Notes: generated from the letters alone by a model not told the origin. A stretch of DNA of 57,086 nt from Octopus bimaculoides (GCF_001194135.2 NC_068983.1:51887354-51944439); one strand, 5' to 3'; shown: positions 13,640-28,200, counted from the stretch's first letter. Numbers and translations: made by a program.

Positions 13640-14377
13640 TAATCTTCTTATCGTCATCATCATTTATGTTATTATCATTGATTTTACTGAGGTTCGTTGT
13701 TATTCCTGGTATAATTTATGTGGACAGCGGATCACTACCTGTTACCTTAGTAATCCCGTGGAGGCGCAATGGCCTAGTGGTTAGGGCAGTGGACTCGCGG
13801 TTTCGATTCCCAGACCGGGCGTTGTGAGTGTTTATTAAGCGAAAACGCCTAAAGCTCCACGAGGCTCCGGCAGGGGATGGTGGTGAACCCTGCTGTACTC
13901 TTTCACCACAACTTTCTCTCACTCTTACTTCCTATTTCTGTTGTGCCTGTAATTCAAAGGGTCAGCCTTGTCACACTGTGTCACGCTGAATATCCCCGAG
14001 AACTACGTTAAGCGTACACGTGTCTGTCGAGTGCTCAGCCACTTGCACGTTAATTTCACGAGCAGGCTGTTCCGGTGATCGAATCAACTGGAGCGCTCGA
14101 CGTCGTAAGCGACGGAGTGCCAACAACAACCTTAGTAATCTACAATCTGTCAATGGTCTTTTTTTGTGATTAAAACCCTATTCATAATCTTCCCTGTCCC
14201 CAACAGGCAAACTTTCTATAGATGCTCTACAGGACATCCTAATCTATTTTCCTTCAACCATTTGTCTATGTCTTTGTTTCCAATTCCCAATGCACCAATT
14301 ATTAGAGGCACAACCTTTACAATTTTCATATTTCAAATTCTTGCAATATCTATCTTACTTTAATTCTAGTCCTGATA
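13640..14377 (-). mobile_element. 3' end of Dong/R4-like RLE non-LTR retrotransposon, interrupted by a SINE
   Basis: Minus strand 14377-14168 reads YQD..IARI*NMKIVKVVPLIIGALGIGNKDIDKWLKENRLGCPVEHL*KVCLLGTGKIMNRVL, the C-terminus of a restriction-like endonuclease. The 3' UTR ends in a degenerate AAT/GAT repeat. Confidence 0.85.
13756..14128 (+). mobile_element. Young tRNA-derived SINE with 12-bp target-site duplication
   Basis: A box TGGCCTAGTGG, B box GTTTCGATTCC and (CAA)n tail. The identical TSD ACCTTAGTAATC is at 13744-13755 and 14129-14140. Confidence 0.95.
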
Positions 14378-15515
14378 TATGGCTTGATGACGACTTTCCG
14401 GTACTTCTTACCTGTCGTGCGTGACAGCATCACGGTCTCAGCGCAGCTGCGGTAATTTGATTTTGACGTCACTCATTTGGAGGTAGCATTTGTAAGCTTG
14501 TGCAAACAGCAGTATTTTTATCGTGACACCATCGATAGGTTGGTTACTAACCAAGGCTCAGGGAGTCCACGCCTACCATCGTATACACTGATTTCAATGC
14601 CATCCTCATTCATTCCTTTGTAAAATACCTTGTATTTGACTACCACTTGCCCAACAATAACCTGAAGATAGTTGTAGTTACGAGTAACCTTATTCATCCT
14701 ACGTCGAGACGCTACAATCGGATGATGTCTCATGCCATACCCAGCGCGTATTATTTTTATTAATATTATTTGATTGTATTGTTAATGTCAGTGGTGGTAG
14801 CACTGTAGTAAACTATGCTGGTTTTTTTTTTGGTGGGCCTTATACTTTCTTATTATATTCAATGTTGTGGGTATATATGTTCCTTTGCGATTTCCTGTAT
14901 TCACAGTGGCTTTGGTATTGTTACTTTTCTTTCTATGCTCATTTGTGCTGCTGTCATGTTTGTCTCTGACGTTGTAATGTCTGCGATGTTGTAATCCGCT
15001 GTCGTTAACGTAGCCGTTGTCGTCATTGTTTAGAGTATTTTCTATGACCTTAGAAAATAGATAGGTAATGTTCAGTCTGCTAGTTTTGCTGCTGTATCTA
15101 TAAGGAGTAGTCCTTCTCTGAGGGGGTAGAGGGTGTGAATTGGTTTTGGATTGCTTTGTCAAGAGTGCAGGAGGTTAGCCTGACTGACTTGTCGTATATG
15201 TGTACTGGCACATTATTCTAATGGAATAGGAGGCACGTAGGTTGTGTCAAGCGGACGGAGGAGAAAAGACCGAAGCTTTTGCTGGAAGTGTTTCTGTCGA
15301 GACATGAAATAAATTAAAACTAAGATTAAACAAAGAATAAACACAGAAAAACTGAGTTGTGGATATGCTATTTATGAATATTTAGTAATATTTGAGAGTA
15401 TGTCTTGCGATCTTTTCCATCTGGGTGGAATTTACGGGGCTCAACCAAAAATATAAATGAATAAAAAAATATGGAAGTTGGTAACTTGGATATTACAACA
15501 CAAGTAGGATACCAT

Positions 15516-15912
15516 GATTATTATTGTTGTTGATTTACTTTTCAAGGTGCTCTATTTTGCTTGCTCTGGTAGATTCTGTGAGGGCGGACAGCATCCTGCT
15601 GTCAGAGGTCTCATTGAGTTTCTTTCCACACATTATGAGCTTTGGTACTTGGATGTTAATTATCTTGGGCTATCATTCCACAACTAAGTATCAATCTCAA
15701 AATCCTAGCTATCCCCAGATCATGTCAATTCCGATTTCTCTTACATATTTCTCGAACTTGGTTGTTTCCGAGTCCACATTCTTGCAATTTCGTCTTTTAG
15801 TGGTCTGTATTCTTGCAAGTTTGTCTTTTAATAGACTGAACCATAGCAATTTCGAATTTTAGTAGTCTGTATTCTTCTTCTTCTTGTGAATTATTCAAAC
15901 CCCAGAGAATTC
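15516..15912 (-). mobile_element. Second Dong/R4-like RLE retrotransposon 3' end
   Basis: Minus-strand frameshifted relics GILWGLN, EYRPLKDEIARMW, KFEKYVREIGIDM and LGIARILRLILSC. The 3' UTR ends AATCAACAACAATAAT. Confidence 0.85.
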
Positions 15913-15947
15913 CTCTCAACACATGGTTATGATGCTCCCCCGCTACT

Positions 15948-16015
15948 TTATTATTATTATTATTATTGCTATTATTATTATTATTATTGCTATTATTATT
16001 ATTATTATTATTATT
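15948..16015. repeat. (TTA)n microsatellite
   Basis: Direct reading; it abuts the 5'-truncated end of the RLE fragment. Confidence 0.95.
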
Positions 16016-16819
16016 GAAATGCTTCGTTGAATCGAAGGCAGGTCTTTGTCAAACTTCAAGATAGGTCATACTAAACCGTGTTACCTTACGGATAAAGTTT
16101 TTTTTTTCAACTTGTCTTAACTGAAAATAATTTATATTGTCTGAGTTCCTACACCATTACATGTTGGAGAAGAATCTTTGCCGTGAGGCAAGTTTAACTC
16201 GTTGCATATATTTTTGGCAAATAGCCATTTGCAATATTTACAATTGTCGCAAAATAGCTGTCTCAGGAAGAGCAGGAAGAGGTAGAGTAGTGGCTGCTAT
16301 AGATTCAATAATCTAAATAAACACTCTCAAATTATCTTCAAAAGACAAAATGAAATCTAAAGAAAAATACAGACAAAGAAAATATCAAACATACAGACAG
16401 TGCTTTAAGCTTCAATACAAATATTTGTATAATGTAAAGAAATGTAAATATTTGTAAGTTAAAGAACGAGGAAAAACACGAAAAAAAAATCAATAACAAC
16501 ATCACTAACAAAAACAACATTCCATATACAACAGGCCATATTCCTTCAAACTATATTCTTTCATGAACAGGTCATATGGAATCACCTTTATGATCTAATG
16601 GGAACAATTCACAGACCTTATGGCACTATTTGTTCAAATGTAAAATTTTCTAGTTTGAGACAGCGAAGACATTTTTTTTAAATGATTGTTAAAAGCCTGC
16701 CACAGTTGGAGATGCAATATAATTTTAAGCAGCTACAAATCATAGTAATTTATTCCACTTCATTATCATCATCATCGTTATCATCACTGCCACCACCATT
16801 AACCAGGGGACATTACAGT

Positions 16820-17056
16820 CTCCAGTCCTTGTTCTCACAAGGTCAGTTATCCGGTTTGCAAGGTGTATAAGTGATCAATGCTACATCGAAAAATCTCCCC
16901 TTAACAGGACTGTAGTCCGTCGAAGGGTTACGCGTTTTTACAGTAAACAGGAACAACGTAAAATAACGTGTTTTCACTCAAGAATAAAACTCTACAGTAA
17001 GGCCCGGGAATCGAAACCTCGCTCTTGAGCGTAGCACTCTATTTCTAGGCCACGCG
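16820..17056 (-). mobile_element. Degraded tRNA-derived SINE
   Basis: Minus-strand head CGCGTGGCCTAG...GGTTTCGATTCCCGGGCC followed by the CORE-like TTCTTGAGTGAAAACAC. Confidence 0.6.
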
Positions 17057-18211
17057 TTATGATTTCCACTTCATGAAGTCTTGAAAGTCATTTAATAATA
17101 GACATCTCACTCTTCCTATCATGTTATTCTTTCTTTCTTTCTCCCGTTTTCTTCTTTCTAGTGGTTGTCTTTTTTTTTACTTTTGTTTAGTATTCACTAT
17201 AAGGGTTATTATATATTATTTTGAGTTTGTTATAAATTACCAACACTACGTTATAGGTCAACAAATTTACATATATGATTGAACTAATAAAATAAATAGA
17301 TATAAATAAATAAATGAAACGCGAAGTCAGTGGATCATAAGTAGTGATTCGACGTAAGCTATAACAGTGAAACACAACGGAGCTGATGAAAAATATATCA
17401 CGGAACAGCCGAGGACGAAGGTGTATTTCCGCTTATTTGGAAAATAATGGTGTGGGTTATCTCAATACACCCTTTCAATGATAGTTTGAGGATGATCTGG
17501 TTGATGTATAGTGGACGTGTACGCGTCGATGCAGAAAAGCATATAAAGCTATACAAATATTTAAGACTGACAATCATGCAACAACACATGTAGGTCTTCA
17601 GTTTCACTTGTGCACCTACAGTGTTATTCCATAATAAGTGGATCTCAATAATCATGTCTACAGACTTTCACACACCTGTCTATCTTTGTTTCGCGATTAT
17701 ATTTGCGTAGTTCTAATGATATGCGATGCATTTGAATTTGAGTTACAACAGCATATTATAGTCTCCAATGGCCTGTAAAATCCTAATCTCTGCCGCTGAC
17801 AAATTTATCTTGGATTACACCATTTACAGGAAAAGAAAGGCCAGTCGTTTTCGTAAATGTTACTTTTGATCATAAATAAACAAATATTTTATAAACGTTA
17901 ATATTGACTATTTATTAGAAGTGGAAATGCTAACGCGAAATAAGGGTACAGCGAATAACAGCAGTAGACCTAACGGTGCTGACAACAGGGCTTGGAAATT
18001 AAAGCCATGGGTGCTGCTATAACACTTTCCAGTGATGCATTGTTCGCCTTTTTGGCATAAGTAAAATGTAACTGAAAGAAATCTATTTCTTTTAAATCAT
18101 ACGTGTTCCAAGTGCGAACGATAATATGCAGAACTCCTCCGGCAGTAGAGGACCGGCTATCAAATTCCTCATACATATCTTTATGGAATAAGCATACAGC
18201 GATATATCACA

Positions 18212-18756
18212 TTACGAGCTGACATTTTTCAAGCACAAGACACAAATTTTGAAGGAAATGTAAATATTTCCTGTATCATAACAAAAGCTTCTCCGTGTGA
18301 CCGAGAAATTTATAGAGAGCAAAAAGAAAGATTCTTCTAAGCAAACAAATCTACACTTGTTTTCTCAAAAAGAAATCTGGAATTCTGACTACGAGTACTT
18401 GTGAATCGGCGAACGCGTCAACAATTGATGGTGTGCGTGAGTCTAGTGCGAGTGAAAGCGATTCAGAATGTGATTATGATAATATTTTTTATTATAAATT
18501 ATCTTGACATTCCTTTTGCTTTTTTTTATTTTATTGCCATTTATTTACGAGTATTTTAAATTTTATTCGTAAAATATTTTTCTTGGAATCAATTACGATT
18601 TATAATTTATTCTCTGTAAACCGCTACTATATAATTGCTAGTATGTAAATTACGATTTACAATGCTACAATGGGAAAATATTGCTTTTTTACGAGTTGCT
18701 TTAACTTTACGAGCGGTCTCCGGGATCAAATTAACTCGTATATCGTGGCATTACTG
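18212..18756 (+). mobile_element. Tigger/pogo-type DNA transposon 3' fragment
   Basis: LRADIFQAQDTNFE...CDREIYREQK and, after a frameshift, KKDSSKQTNLHLF resemble the Tigger transposase C-terminus (xFEAQDPNxE...CYRxIYxEKK...QTSLDxFF). The right TIR ...TTAACTCGTATATCGTGGCATTACTG is followed by TA (18757-58). Confidence 0.7.
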
Positions 18757-18944
18757 TAAATAAAGGCTTATGTCCAAATAAGTGTGGTTTGCCGCAGCGA
18801 ATTTTCAAAATATCCCCAATCAGAGTTGCTTCCTTTTTCTACGTAAGTCACCACCAAGTCGAAGAAAAGGTTGATGTGAGATAGCGTTAAAATTGTTGGC
18901 ACCAATTGATTTGGGACATTCAAATTAAAATAANNNNNNNNNNG

Positions 18945-18980
18945 CAATTGGTAAATGGAAACTAAATGAAACCTCTTGTA

Positions 18981-19018
<38 letters not shown>

Positions 19019-19240
19019 GTATATATCTGTATCTCTGTGTGTTTGTCCCCCCCACCATCAACTTCACAGCGTTTACGTCCCTGTAACTTAATGGTTCGGA
19101 AAATGAAACCGATAGAATAAGTACTATGCTTTAAAAACTAGGTTCTGCGGTCGATGTGTCCGACTAAAACACTTCAAAGCAGTGTCCCAGTATGGCAGTA
19201 GCCAAAATAATTGAAACTAATAAGATATTAAAGATAAAAT
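18945..19240 (+). mobile_element. SINE family 'B' with internal (TG)n(TA)n tract
   Basis: TGGTAAATGGAAACT..[microsatellite]..GTGTGTTTGTCCCCCCCACCATC..GTTTACGTCCCTGTAACTTAATGGTTCGG..GATAGAATAAGTACT. Confidence 0.85.
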
Positions 19241-22200
19241 CCTAAATATTAACACAATTAGGTGTAAAAGTTTTAATACTCTGGTAGAATTTCATGTAAA
19301 GTGCGAAGCAGAGCTACTTATCTCCCGGAAAAATCATACAATGATTACAAGACTAAATAAATATCTGAAATAAAATATGGGTGGCTAACACTTTTCATCA
19401 TATATTTTCTTTCTTCCATTTATGTTTCTGGCTGAATTATTTCCAGCTCGTCTCTCTCTTCCTATGTTATGTCGCTTGTAATATAATTACAAAACAACTA
19501 TCTTGCTACTATCATAACATCTGGTTAGGCCGTAGGTTTAAAACCAATTTATATCTAACGCTATGTCATTTAGATGATGAAAGCTTTTTTACAACCTTAC
19601 GAACGTTGAACTTACGTATTGGAATATTACAGATTTTTGTTGGGTGAACAGGGTACGATTTCTCTTTTTTATATTTACTGTCATCATAATGAGTTATTCA
19701 ACCGAATCCTTACGCTTGTATATTCAGTTTACGACATAAGGTCTATGCCCCTACGTTCCTATAGACTATATCCATTAATTTCCATGAGTGTGCGAAAAGC
19801 TTCGAAGATTTAAGAGGACACGAACTCATCAATTCAATAGATTTTCTTTTAAGCATCTTTAAAGCAAGACGAAAATGTACGACGATATATCGATTTTATT
19901 ACCGGCATGTAATCAACAGATTATATGAAGTTTGTAACAGCAACAAAAAATATATCATTAATCTATATTGTAGTAAATGATCAACACCAGTGAAATCCAA
20001 ATTCTAATGCATAGATCGTAGGTTTGATGCTCCCTCTTTCCCTTGAGCATTAAATTTACACATGTATTTACTGTGTATAAATATTTCAATATGTGTCGCT
20101 GAAGAATGATAAAGGTAACTCTAATGTATTCAACAGCTAGTTATCACATAAATTGCCTAATATAACTGTCGAAGCATTAACCGCACACCTCTTCATGGTC
20201 GTTCAACTTTCTAGATGTTGTAAGCAAATTATCCTGAAATCACGCATCACTGTCCTCAGAGCAAACTGAATCATTGAAGTATGCAAATATTATTTTAAAA
20301 ATGCAAGTATGTGCGCAACTTGTAAAGTTCTTGATAAAGTATCTGCTTCATCAGGGCTGATCTCTCTCTCTGAACAATATTCGGTTTTCTCGTACATTCA
20401 GTGTGTGATCTGCAGGAAGTACGACTCCAGTTCCATAGCATACAAATTTTATACGGAACTGTTGTTTATCAATAGTGTTTACCTAGACCGCAGTCTTTCC
20501 CGTGTTTTATATCCATCCAGATATCTAGTAACAATTGGAATAGGAGGAATGATATGTATAGTTCACCGGCAGAGTGTAGAATTGCGTGAACAATTCAAGA
20601 AAATATGACTTACATTCAAAAATCGCATCTTCTCTCAGTGATATACTCTCACTTACTGAACCAACATGCATGTTTATTACTGTTACGCTTATTTAATACA
20701 ACGTAACATTTGTCATTGAAACATTTCTTTGCTAAGAGCATTATTGCGTGGATATTCCGAGCATTTAATTATGTCTTTATTGTTTGCATCAGTACTGGAT
20801 TACGGTGTTTCATTCGTTGATGTCATTAACTAAAGCTGTTAGACATATCAATACATCACCGTGAATAGGTTAGATTATATTAAATAGATATTTCTAATAA
20901 AATGTTTACATAATTGTGCAGTCATTGTGCATAACTAGATATTAAAGTGGAGTATTTAAGAAAATGTTCATTTACTTTTAACTAAAAGAGATTCAACGCA
21001 ATCACGGAAGAGAATAACGTTTCTCTACGTAATAGTAGGTAACATTGAAAACTATAGACTCTTAAAAATCTTAATATCACTACTGGCCTCTACTTGCACT
21101 ATATTATATAACGGACTACGAACAATCCAACAAAAGTTTGCTAATATATTTCATATTTTTCTGAAAACTTAAACACTACAAAATTCATTATGACTCCAAC
21201 TGTTAATAAAAAGAAGCGATATCACATAATTTTTTATATTATTTAGCAGACACGTTTAAAGGAAAAGACATTTTCCAATACATTTAACTAATGCACCTAT
21301 ATTAGATATATATTTGACTTCATTTGTTCAAAAGATCAAGAATGCCAGCATACTAGACAGCATGCGACAAGAAATCATTAAATAAAACAGAGATTTATGT
21401 AAATACTGCCAGGAATCTAAAATATTCATAATTAACACAGTTGGATGAGGTAACAGCATACTTTCCCCCTTAGTTTTATCAATATTTGTAGAGCTTTTTA
21501 TTCATTTTTGCATCTATTTTATAAAGGTCTTATGAATACATATATAAGCACACAGCTAGGTATATCACGCTTACTGTATATACATGATATGTACAATTTC
21601 AGAACGGCAATACTTGTCGTTATGAAAATGCTTGTATGCGAAAAATAAATCAATAAGTGTTTTGTGTTTATGTTTGTATGAAAATAAATTGAAAGAAAAC
21701 TATATTCACATTTTCACAGATGTTTATTATATAGCCGTATGAATAGATATGCACATGGCGTACATATGTATGTTTGTGTGAATGTGTGTGTACTTGTGAG
21801 TGTATTTGTGGGTATATAGCATATACATTGTTAATCTACTTATATATATTTCCGAATACACTTTACCGGATGCATACAATATCTCGTATAGAGTCTATTA
21901 CATTCCTTGCATGATATCGTGACAAATTCCGTCATTAAACCACGCGAAATTGTTTCATAACATACACTTTTCTAATATTTCGTAATGTTTCCCAAAAAAT
22001 ATTCTTGTATTTATATATTTTAAAGTTATCAATATACATCACAACGTCAAATTCGAAAAATAACGTAACATCTGCTGGAAATCATTTTCGAATTCTACTT
22101 TCGAAATATGTCTGAATTTGGTCGTATCAGTATGATCACCAAAATATAATATTCATATAAAACAAAACATCAAAACTTTTGCTATTGTTGTTAACCTGAC

Positions 22201-25200
22201 GTCAACCCCGATCGAGAAGTCATGTAATCAAACGTGCTTCAATGGTTGACATCTTGTAGTTTTGAGATTTGTACAATGTGCACTATTTCATAGCCTCTTT
22301 TTATTCATGTCATATGCTGGCTTTTGATTTCGAATGCTAGAGATATTATCTATAGGTAGATTACGGAAAGTTGAAGTTCTTAAAGGCGCAGGAAACAGCA
22401 GAAAATATTTGAACATCATAGACAGAATGTGAAATGTCAAAGCTTTAAATATTCAGGACAATTTGAAGAGAAGTTGAAAGGAAGACGGCAGCAGAGATAG
22501 AGGTGAGTTTACTAGTGGGATTCAGGAAGATCAATTCATAACATGCTACGACGTGCGAGTGAAACAGAAGATGGTCGAGGTCCATTATTGCATACAGGGA
22601 ACACATATGTGTATCGAGAAAAGTGTAGCTTCTGTTTTTAGCAGGTCAAGTAACAAACGTACGGGTGTAGTGTCAAATCAATCTGGGTTAATAACTGTAT
22701 TGTTTGTTTGTTCTTTTTTTGTTGTTTTGTTTTTGCTGTCACTCATTCATGATATATTAACTTATTGTGGATTAATAATCATCCAATCGATATTACTAAT
22801 AATTTATTCTATTATCACTAATAGAAGCATGTTTGAAGTATGCAGCATCGATTTTACTATAACTGAATAGGATCAAACATATACAAATAAAGAATTCTTG
22901 CTAACCCTTGAAGTTAAATTGATTGTCTTAGTGCAGCGTAAACCAAGAGACTACACAGAAACGAAAGTTAACTTCTAGCTCCTTGTACTATGTATCAGAC
23001 TTTTCAGTCTACTTGTAACACAGTTACAATGTTCAAAATGTAGTTATTCACAATTACGTAGCCCTTGTATTTAGTGCGTTTAGTACTTGTATTTAGTGCG
23101 AATAAATTATCCTGTAGCTTTAGGGTATAGATTATTTCCATTCACTGAAACTGTTGATATATTCATAAAAACTCCGGCATCTTAACTATTTATTCACAAA
23201 ATATATTTTATAGTAAGGAGCATACGTTAAAGAAAGTAAACAATATTCCCCCGGGATATTATTAGAATGAAATCGATATACTATGTGAATACGTCAACAT
23301 GGAATAATAACGATATATATAATATAAATCTTTTAAGTCGAGATAATTCCTCAGTGATCTGTAGCGTATAATAATTTACATATTCCAAAACGGATAATTA
23401 GAGACAGTGAATTGCAGAAAAAAATCCCTTGGATTTTATTGCTATCTGCATTAATTTCAATCAAAGCGTTTGCCATACACCGTATTTAAATTCCAGAGCT
23501 CGGGAGATTTACGTTTCACTGGCTAAGTTAGTTAGGTTATAATACCTGAAATATGGGTGATTTGATTTGATTGGTGGCTTCGTAATTCTCGACTACAGTG
23601 TATATTTCTACAATTAGTAATATGACTATGAAAAATACATTTATATTGTAACGTGCGTCATCATGAACAATACCCCGCGGTAGACTTTCCTTTCCATCGT
23701 TTCTTGAAAGATAAAAGAAGAACCCGGCAAGTATGGATGTCAACGTAATCGACTTCCATCCCCTATCAAAATTGCTGGTTTTTTAACAGATTTCGAATCC
23801 ATTATACCGCTGCTGTTGACATGAGACATTGGCTGATAATAGCCGAATGACCACAATCAATAGCTGTATGTACCAGTTAATGATAAAACTCGTAGAGTGT
23901 CTTAGCAGCAAAACTTCATTACTTCTGAGAGATTCATAATGTATTTGCCCTCATTTATTTAAATTGCATCAGTTCTCTAACTTGAATCACTTCATTAATT
24001 TGCATCAGCATCGATGACGTCCAACCAATATCTGACAATTGAAAACAATCGATTCGTTCATTATCATTTCACTTTTCATTCACATTTGAAATCACACAAC
24101 CGACATTCATACATTGTTTTAAAGAAATTGTCACACTTTGCAATAAGCACAGTATGTTCTCTCTGAAGGAAACAACTATACCCTATCAATTTTGATATAG
24201 CAATTTAGGGGATTTACACACTGTTACTCGCTGCAGCATTCTAAGGTACATATGTATTTTATTAATTTGAGATTGTTCTATAATGTGATTATAATATAAA
24301 TATATCTTTCTAGATTTAACATTATCACTTTTGTATCCAAATGTATATTTATGTACAGAATAAACTTAACTTACTTTGCGAATAGATTATTTTCAGTGCG
24401 TCATTTACATTTAAGATGGCGGTCCACACCAAGAGCTAATAATGATTAATAATGATTTGTAAAGCACCATGTTTCAGGGATGAAAACACATATCCAATAT
24501 GCCGTTATTATACCGAGCAAAATGTCTTACAAGAACAAATAGCAAAATAAAAAACCATTCTGCAAGGATGCAGAAGCCATAGAATCGGCTACAACTCTCG
24601 CAAATTGCACAATATCGAAAGATAATTAAGATAGCTACACACAGGCATTATTGATAAACCTGTATCTGAAAATGTTGCAACAAATCTGCTTCTCAAAATG
24701 TTGCATCAAATCTGTATCCCAAAGGATTCATCCAAAATCTATGTTCATTGATGGAAATTTCTTTTAAGCAGAAAATAAGAAAACTGCTTGGTGATGCTTT
24801 ACAACGAGTAGCTACAACAAACATCCTTATGGTATTTCTGTTACATTTTAGAATGCAAACATTATTCGCTCACCAAGTTTTTACAGGAACTTACTTAGAT
24901 ATTCATGCTTATCTAAATTTTCTTCCGCTCAAACTGCCACAAGCAAATATACAACGCCCTTCTAATATTTCATATAATCTTTCCTTCTCAATTTGAGAGG
25001 AACGTGTCACCAAGCAAAAAATTTGTAATAATCTATCCAAGTTGCGCTTCTACATTATCTTTTATAACTAAAAATAAAACAAAAACAATACTTAATTTCA
25101 AATGAATTTGAAAATAAATCCTTACACCTACAATGTACGCCAATTATATGACGCTGCTTTGGCAATTTAATGTCTCCAAATTGCAACTTAGCAAGCACAA

Positions 25201-28200
25201 TCCCGACTTCTAATATCTATAGAGATCGGATTTACAGATTTATTACTAACCTCAATTATCTCTTGATAGGAACTTGTAAAGGGTTCCTATTTTTGAATAT
25301 TAAAATATGCAATAAAAATGTTATCTGCTGTGTTCCTTTCGTTTTGAAACATTGTCAAGCTTGTATTGTCTGGGATTTCAAATACAAATTTAACTGTATT
25401 TTTAAGGCTTGCTATAACTGTAAAAGTGATATTTTAGTTCCAACAGTTGACACCTTTGTGTAATGATAATCAACACAGTCATAGAAAATCATCTTAATCA
25501 GAATTAATTATGGTGTTGCAAACTTGTACAGTATTCATATTATAAATGAGAGTTGTAGGTCCACAAAGATTATATGACAACTTGTTTATAAGATTCTACC
25601 TGCCTTGGCACTTACACTTCCTTGTTTCGATTTATTCATATTTGTAATACAATACTTTTTGTAATGTGAATACAAGTCTATTCCTTTCAAACATTCTTTG
25701 CTAAAATTATTAATTAACTAATTAATTTTTGAAAACAGACTGCTTTCCAAGCAGGTGCTATTTCGACTGAGAAATAATTATCTAAAATAATATGTGGGGT
25801 TATTTATGCAGAAGTCTCGACTATATTGTACACGAAATTGAGGAACTACCTTTCATACTTTTGTGCCATATGATAAGGAATTGCATTTCCCTTAGAATTA
25901 ATAAAGCTTTGAAAAAAATAGACAACGAAGTTTAAGGAAAAACAAATACTGGGCAACGAAATTTCAGATGATTATTCTTGTTGGTATTCAATTTAAACAA
26001 TAACTCGTTTATAGCAAAATGATAGTTTTACACCTCGTTTTCTGACAATATTTTCTGCAATTCTATCTCATTATGTTTATTCACTATCTTTCTTCTACAA
26101 CAAACAATGAGGAGAGTCTTGGCGTCTTTAGTACGACTGACTAACCATACACGGTAAATTAGCTGTATGCGTAACCCTTTAACATTCAAGAAATATCAGC
26201 TTCAAGATCGTAGATCAAGTTGTTCGGCGATGAATTGTGCTTAAGCAGTAACTTGTATTACGAAGGTCATTTGTTTACATACGTTCATATTTTTCTTTGT
26301 AATTTTGGCACAATACCAACAAATTTAAGGAGAGGGGTAAACCTATACTATCAACGCTAGTACTTGACTGATAGTACCTTTTACCGAACTCTGATTTACC
26401 ATATATCATATAAATACTGTCCTACATGCATTCTATAGAAGTGTAAACGTAATCGTTGTTAAGTAAATTTCTAACTTGAATTTTGCAATAAACGTGTCTG
26501 GGATCAAATGAAGTATCTAATCATCTTCATATCATTTTATTCCTCAATTTGTAACTCATTGAATTAATGCATATATTTGGTATTTATAGAAATGATTCAA
26601 TTTAAACATCTCAAAGATATATAAATCTCAGCAGACTCAATTTTATAATGCTGTGCTTGCCGTGCACTTAGCTGCGGAATAACACTAGATACTAGTCGAG
26701 TTACACTATGAATACGCATGACTCCTCATACGAAGCAACCGCCAATTTTAAGTCATGAATTTGATTGTAAGTAAAGGACAGAATAATGAAAAATGAAGTT
26801 TAGAATAGGTATAGCATAGAATATTTTATAAACATAAAAAATGACAAAGATTTCAGATTAGAAAATAAGAATTCATTTAATCGTTTGTTATACGTTACGC
26901 TTGATAGTGAAAATGATATTGTAATTTGAATATGCATGGACGCTGACAATTATAAAATACCATCCATTATACAAAATCTGTCAGAGATTGTTATGATAAT
27001 AAAATTCTTTTTGTCAAAATAAAATATTTGACTACCTCGAATAATAACTAACTTTATGTCAATGATAGTTAAAGAATAGCCATAATAAAATACTGATAAC
27101 CAAATAATTTTTTTTTTTAGTTTCCATATGAATTATAAATATCTGTGAGTTAAAATTATTTGTTCTATAATTTAATATAACATGATGTTTAGTCTGACAT
27201 AACCCTTTGCGTAGTTTGATCGCATTAGAATACAATTGTGTCTCTAGCATATGATAATGTGATTTAACATTCATTTTTAAGACATAGCTATCATTATAAT
27301 TTATAATTTGATAATTAAACTATTGGAAGTGACCTAACATTATATAGATTTTTCTTAGTGCTGGCCGATAAATTTATGGTATCAACCAAATAATATATGA
27401 ATATATTGTCGATGTCATTACGTGTTGCTTATGGCAGTTTATATCTATGATTATTCTTGAAGCTTACATTCTTTTGACGTTGCCATCTACGGCGAGGTAG
27501 AGAAGTCATCATGAGTACCCCCAGGTAGTTGCGTTACTTACAAATACCAGCATGAAAATAGGCAATGCATCTACAAAAATTAAAGGAGACAAACAAAAAG
27601 TTAGGACGGTTCTAATTAGAATATATTTAATTATATAGTACCATGGGATGAAACAATATAGGCAGCCTCATCGCATTTCTTAGATACGCTAGCAATAGCC
27701 GCTGCTTACTCGTCAAATGAAACTAACATCTTATCAAAGAAGGGAAGGATGGACAATATTACAATAATTTTGAGGACATGATAGTCAGATTGAACTGGCT
27801 TAATATTTCTGATTTTCAGAAGCTTTTTCGCCATGATCTGCACTATTTACATTTGCTTCTTCTACATATACTGCATTTCTGCGCATATTGTATGCCTATA
27901 TATAATAATCTTCATTTTACTGCATTTAAATATGAGTAAATAACATTTATTGTGATCTCGTAAGTACATAGCTATGAGAAATATTTCTGTATAATAATTG
28001 ACAAAAAATAGCCAGAAGAATTTTAAAATCTCCTAGAATCATGTTTTCGTATTTGTTTATTTATCATATAAGGAGAGAATGCACTGCTCATAATACTTTA
28101 TAAAATCTCCGTGTGTTTGTGAGTGAAAGGAAAGGAATACTCGACCCTGCGACCTGATCTGGAAGCTTGTAATAGATTGATTTCCGCCAAAACCTCCACG

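Noticed and set aside
20801-20863. Possible pre-miRNA hairpin (ACGGTG…CACCGT)
   Set aside because: It has a large asymmetric internal loop and bulges, and matches no conserved miRNA that I recognise.
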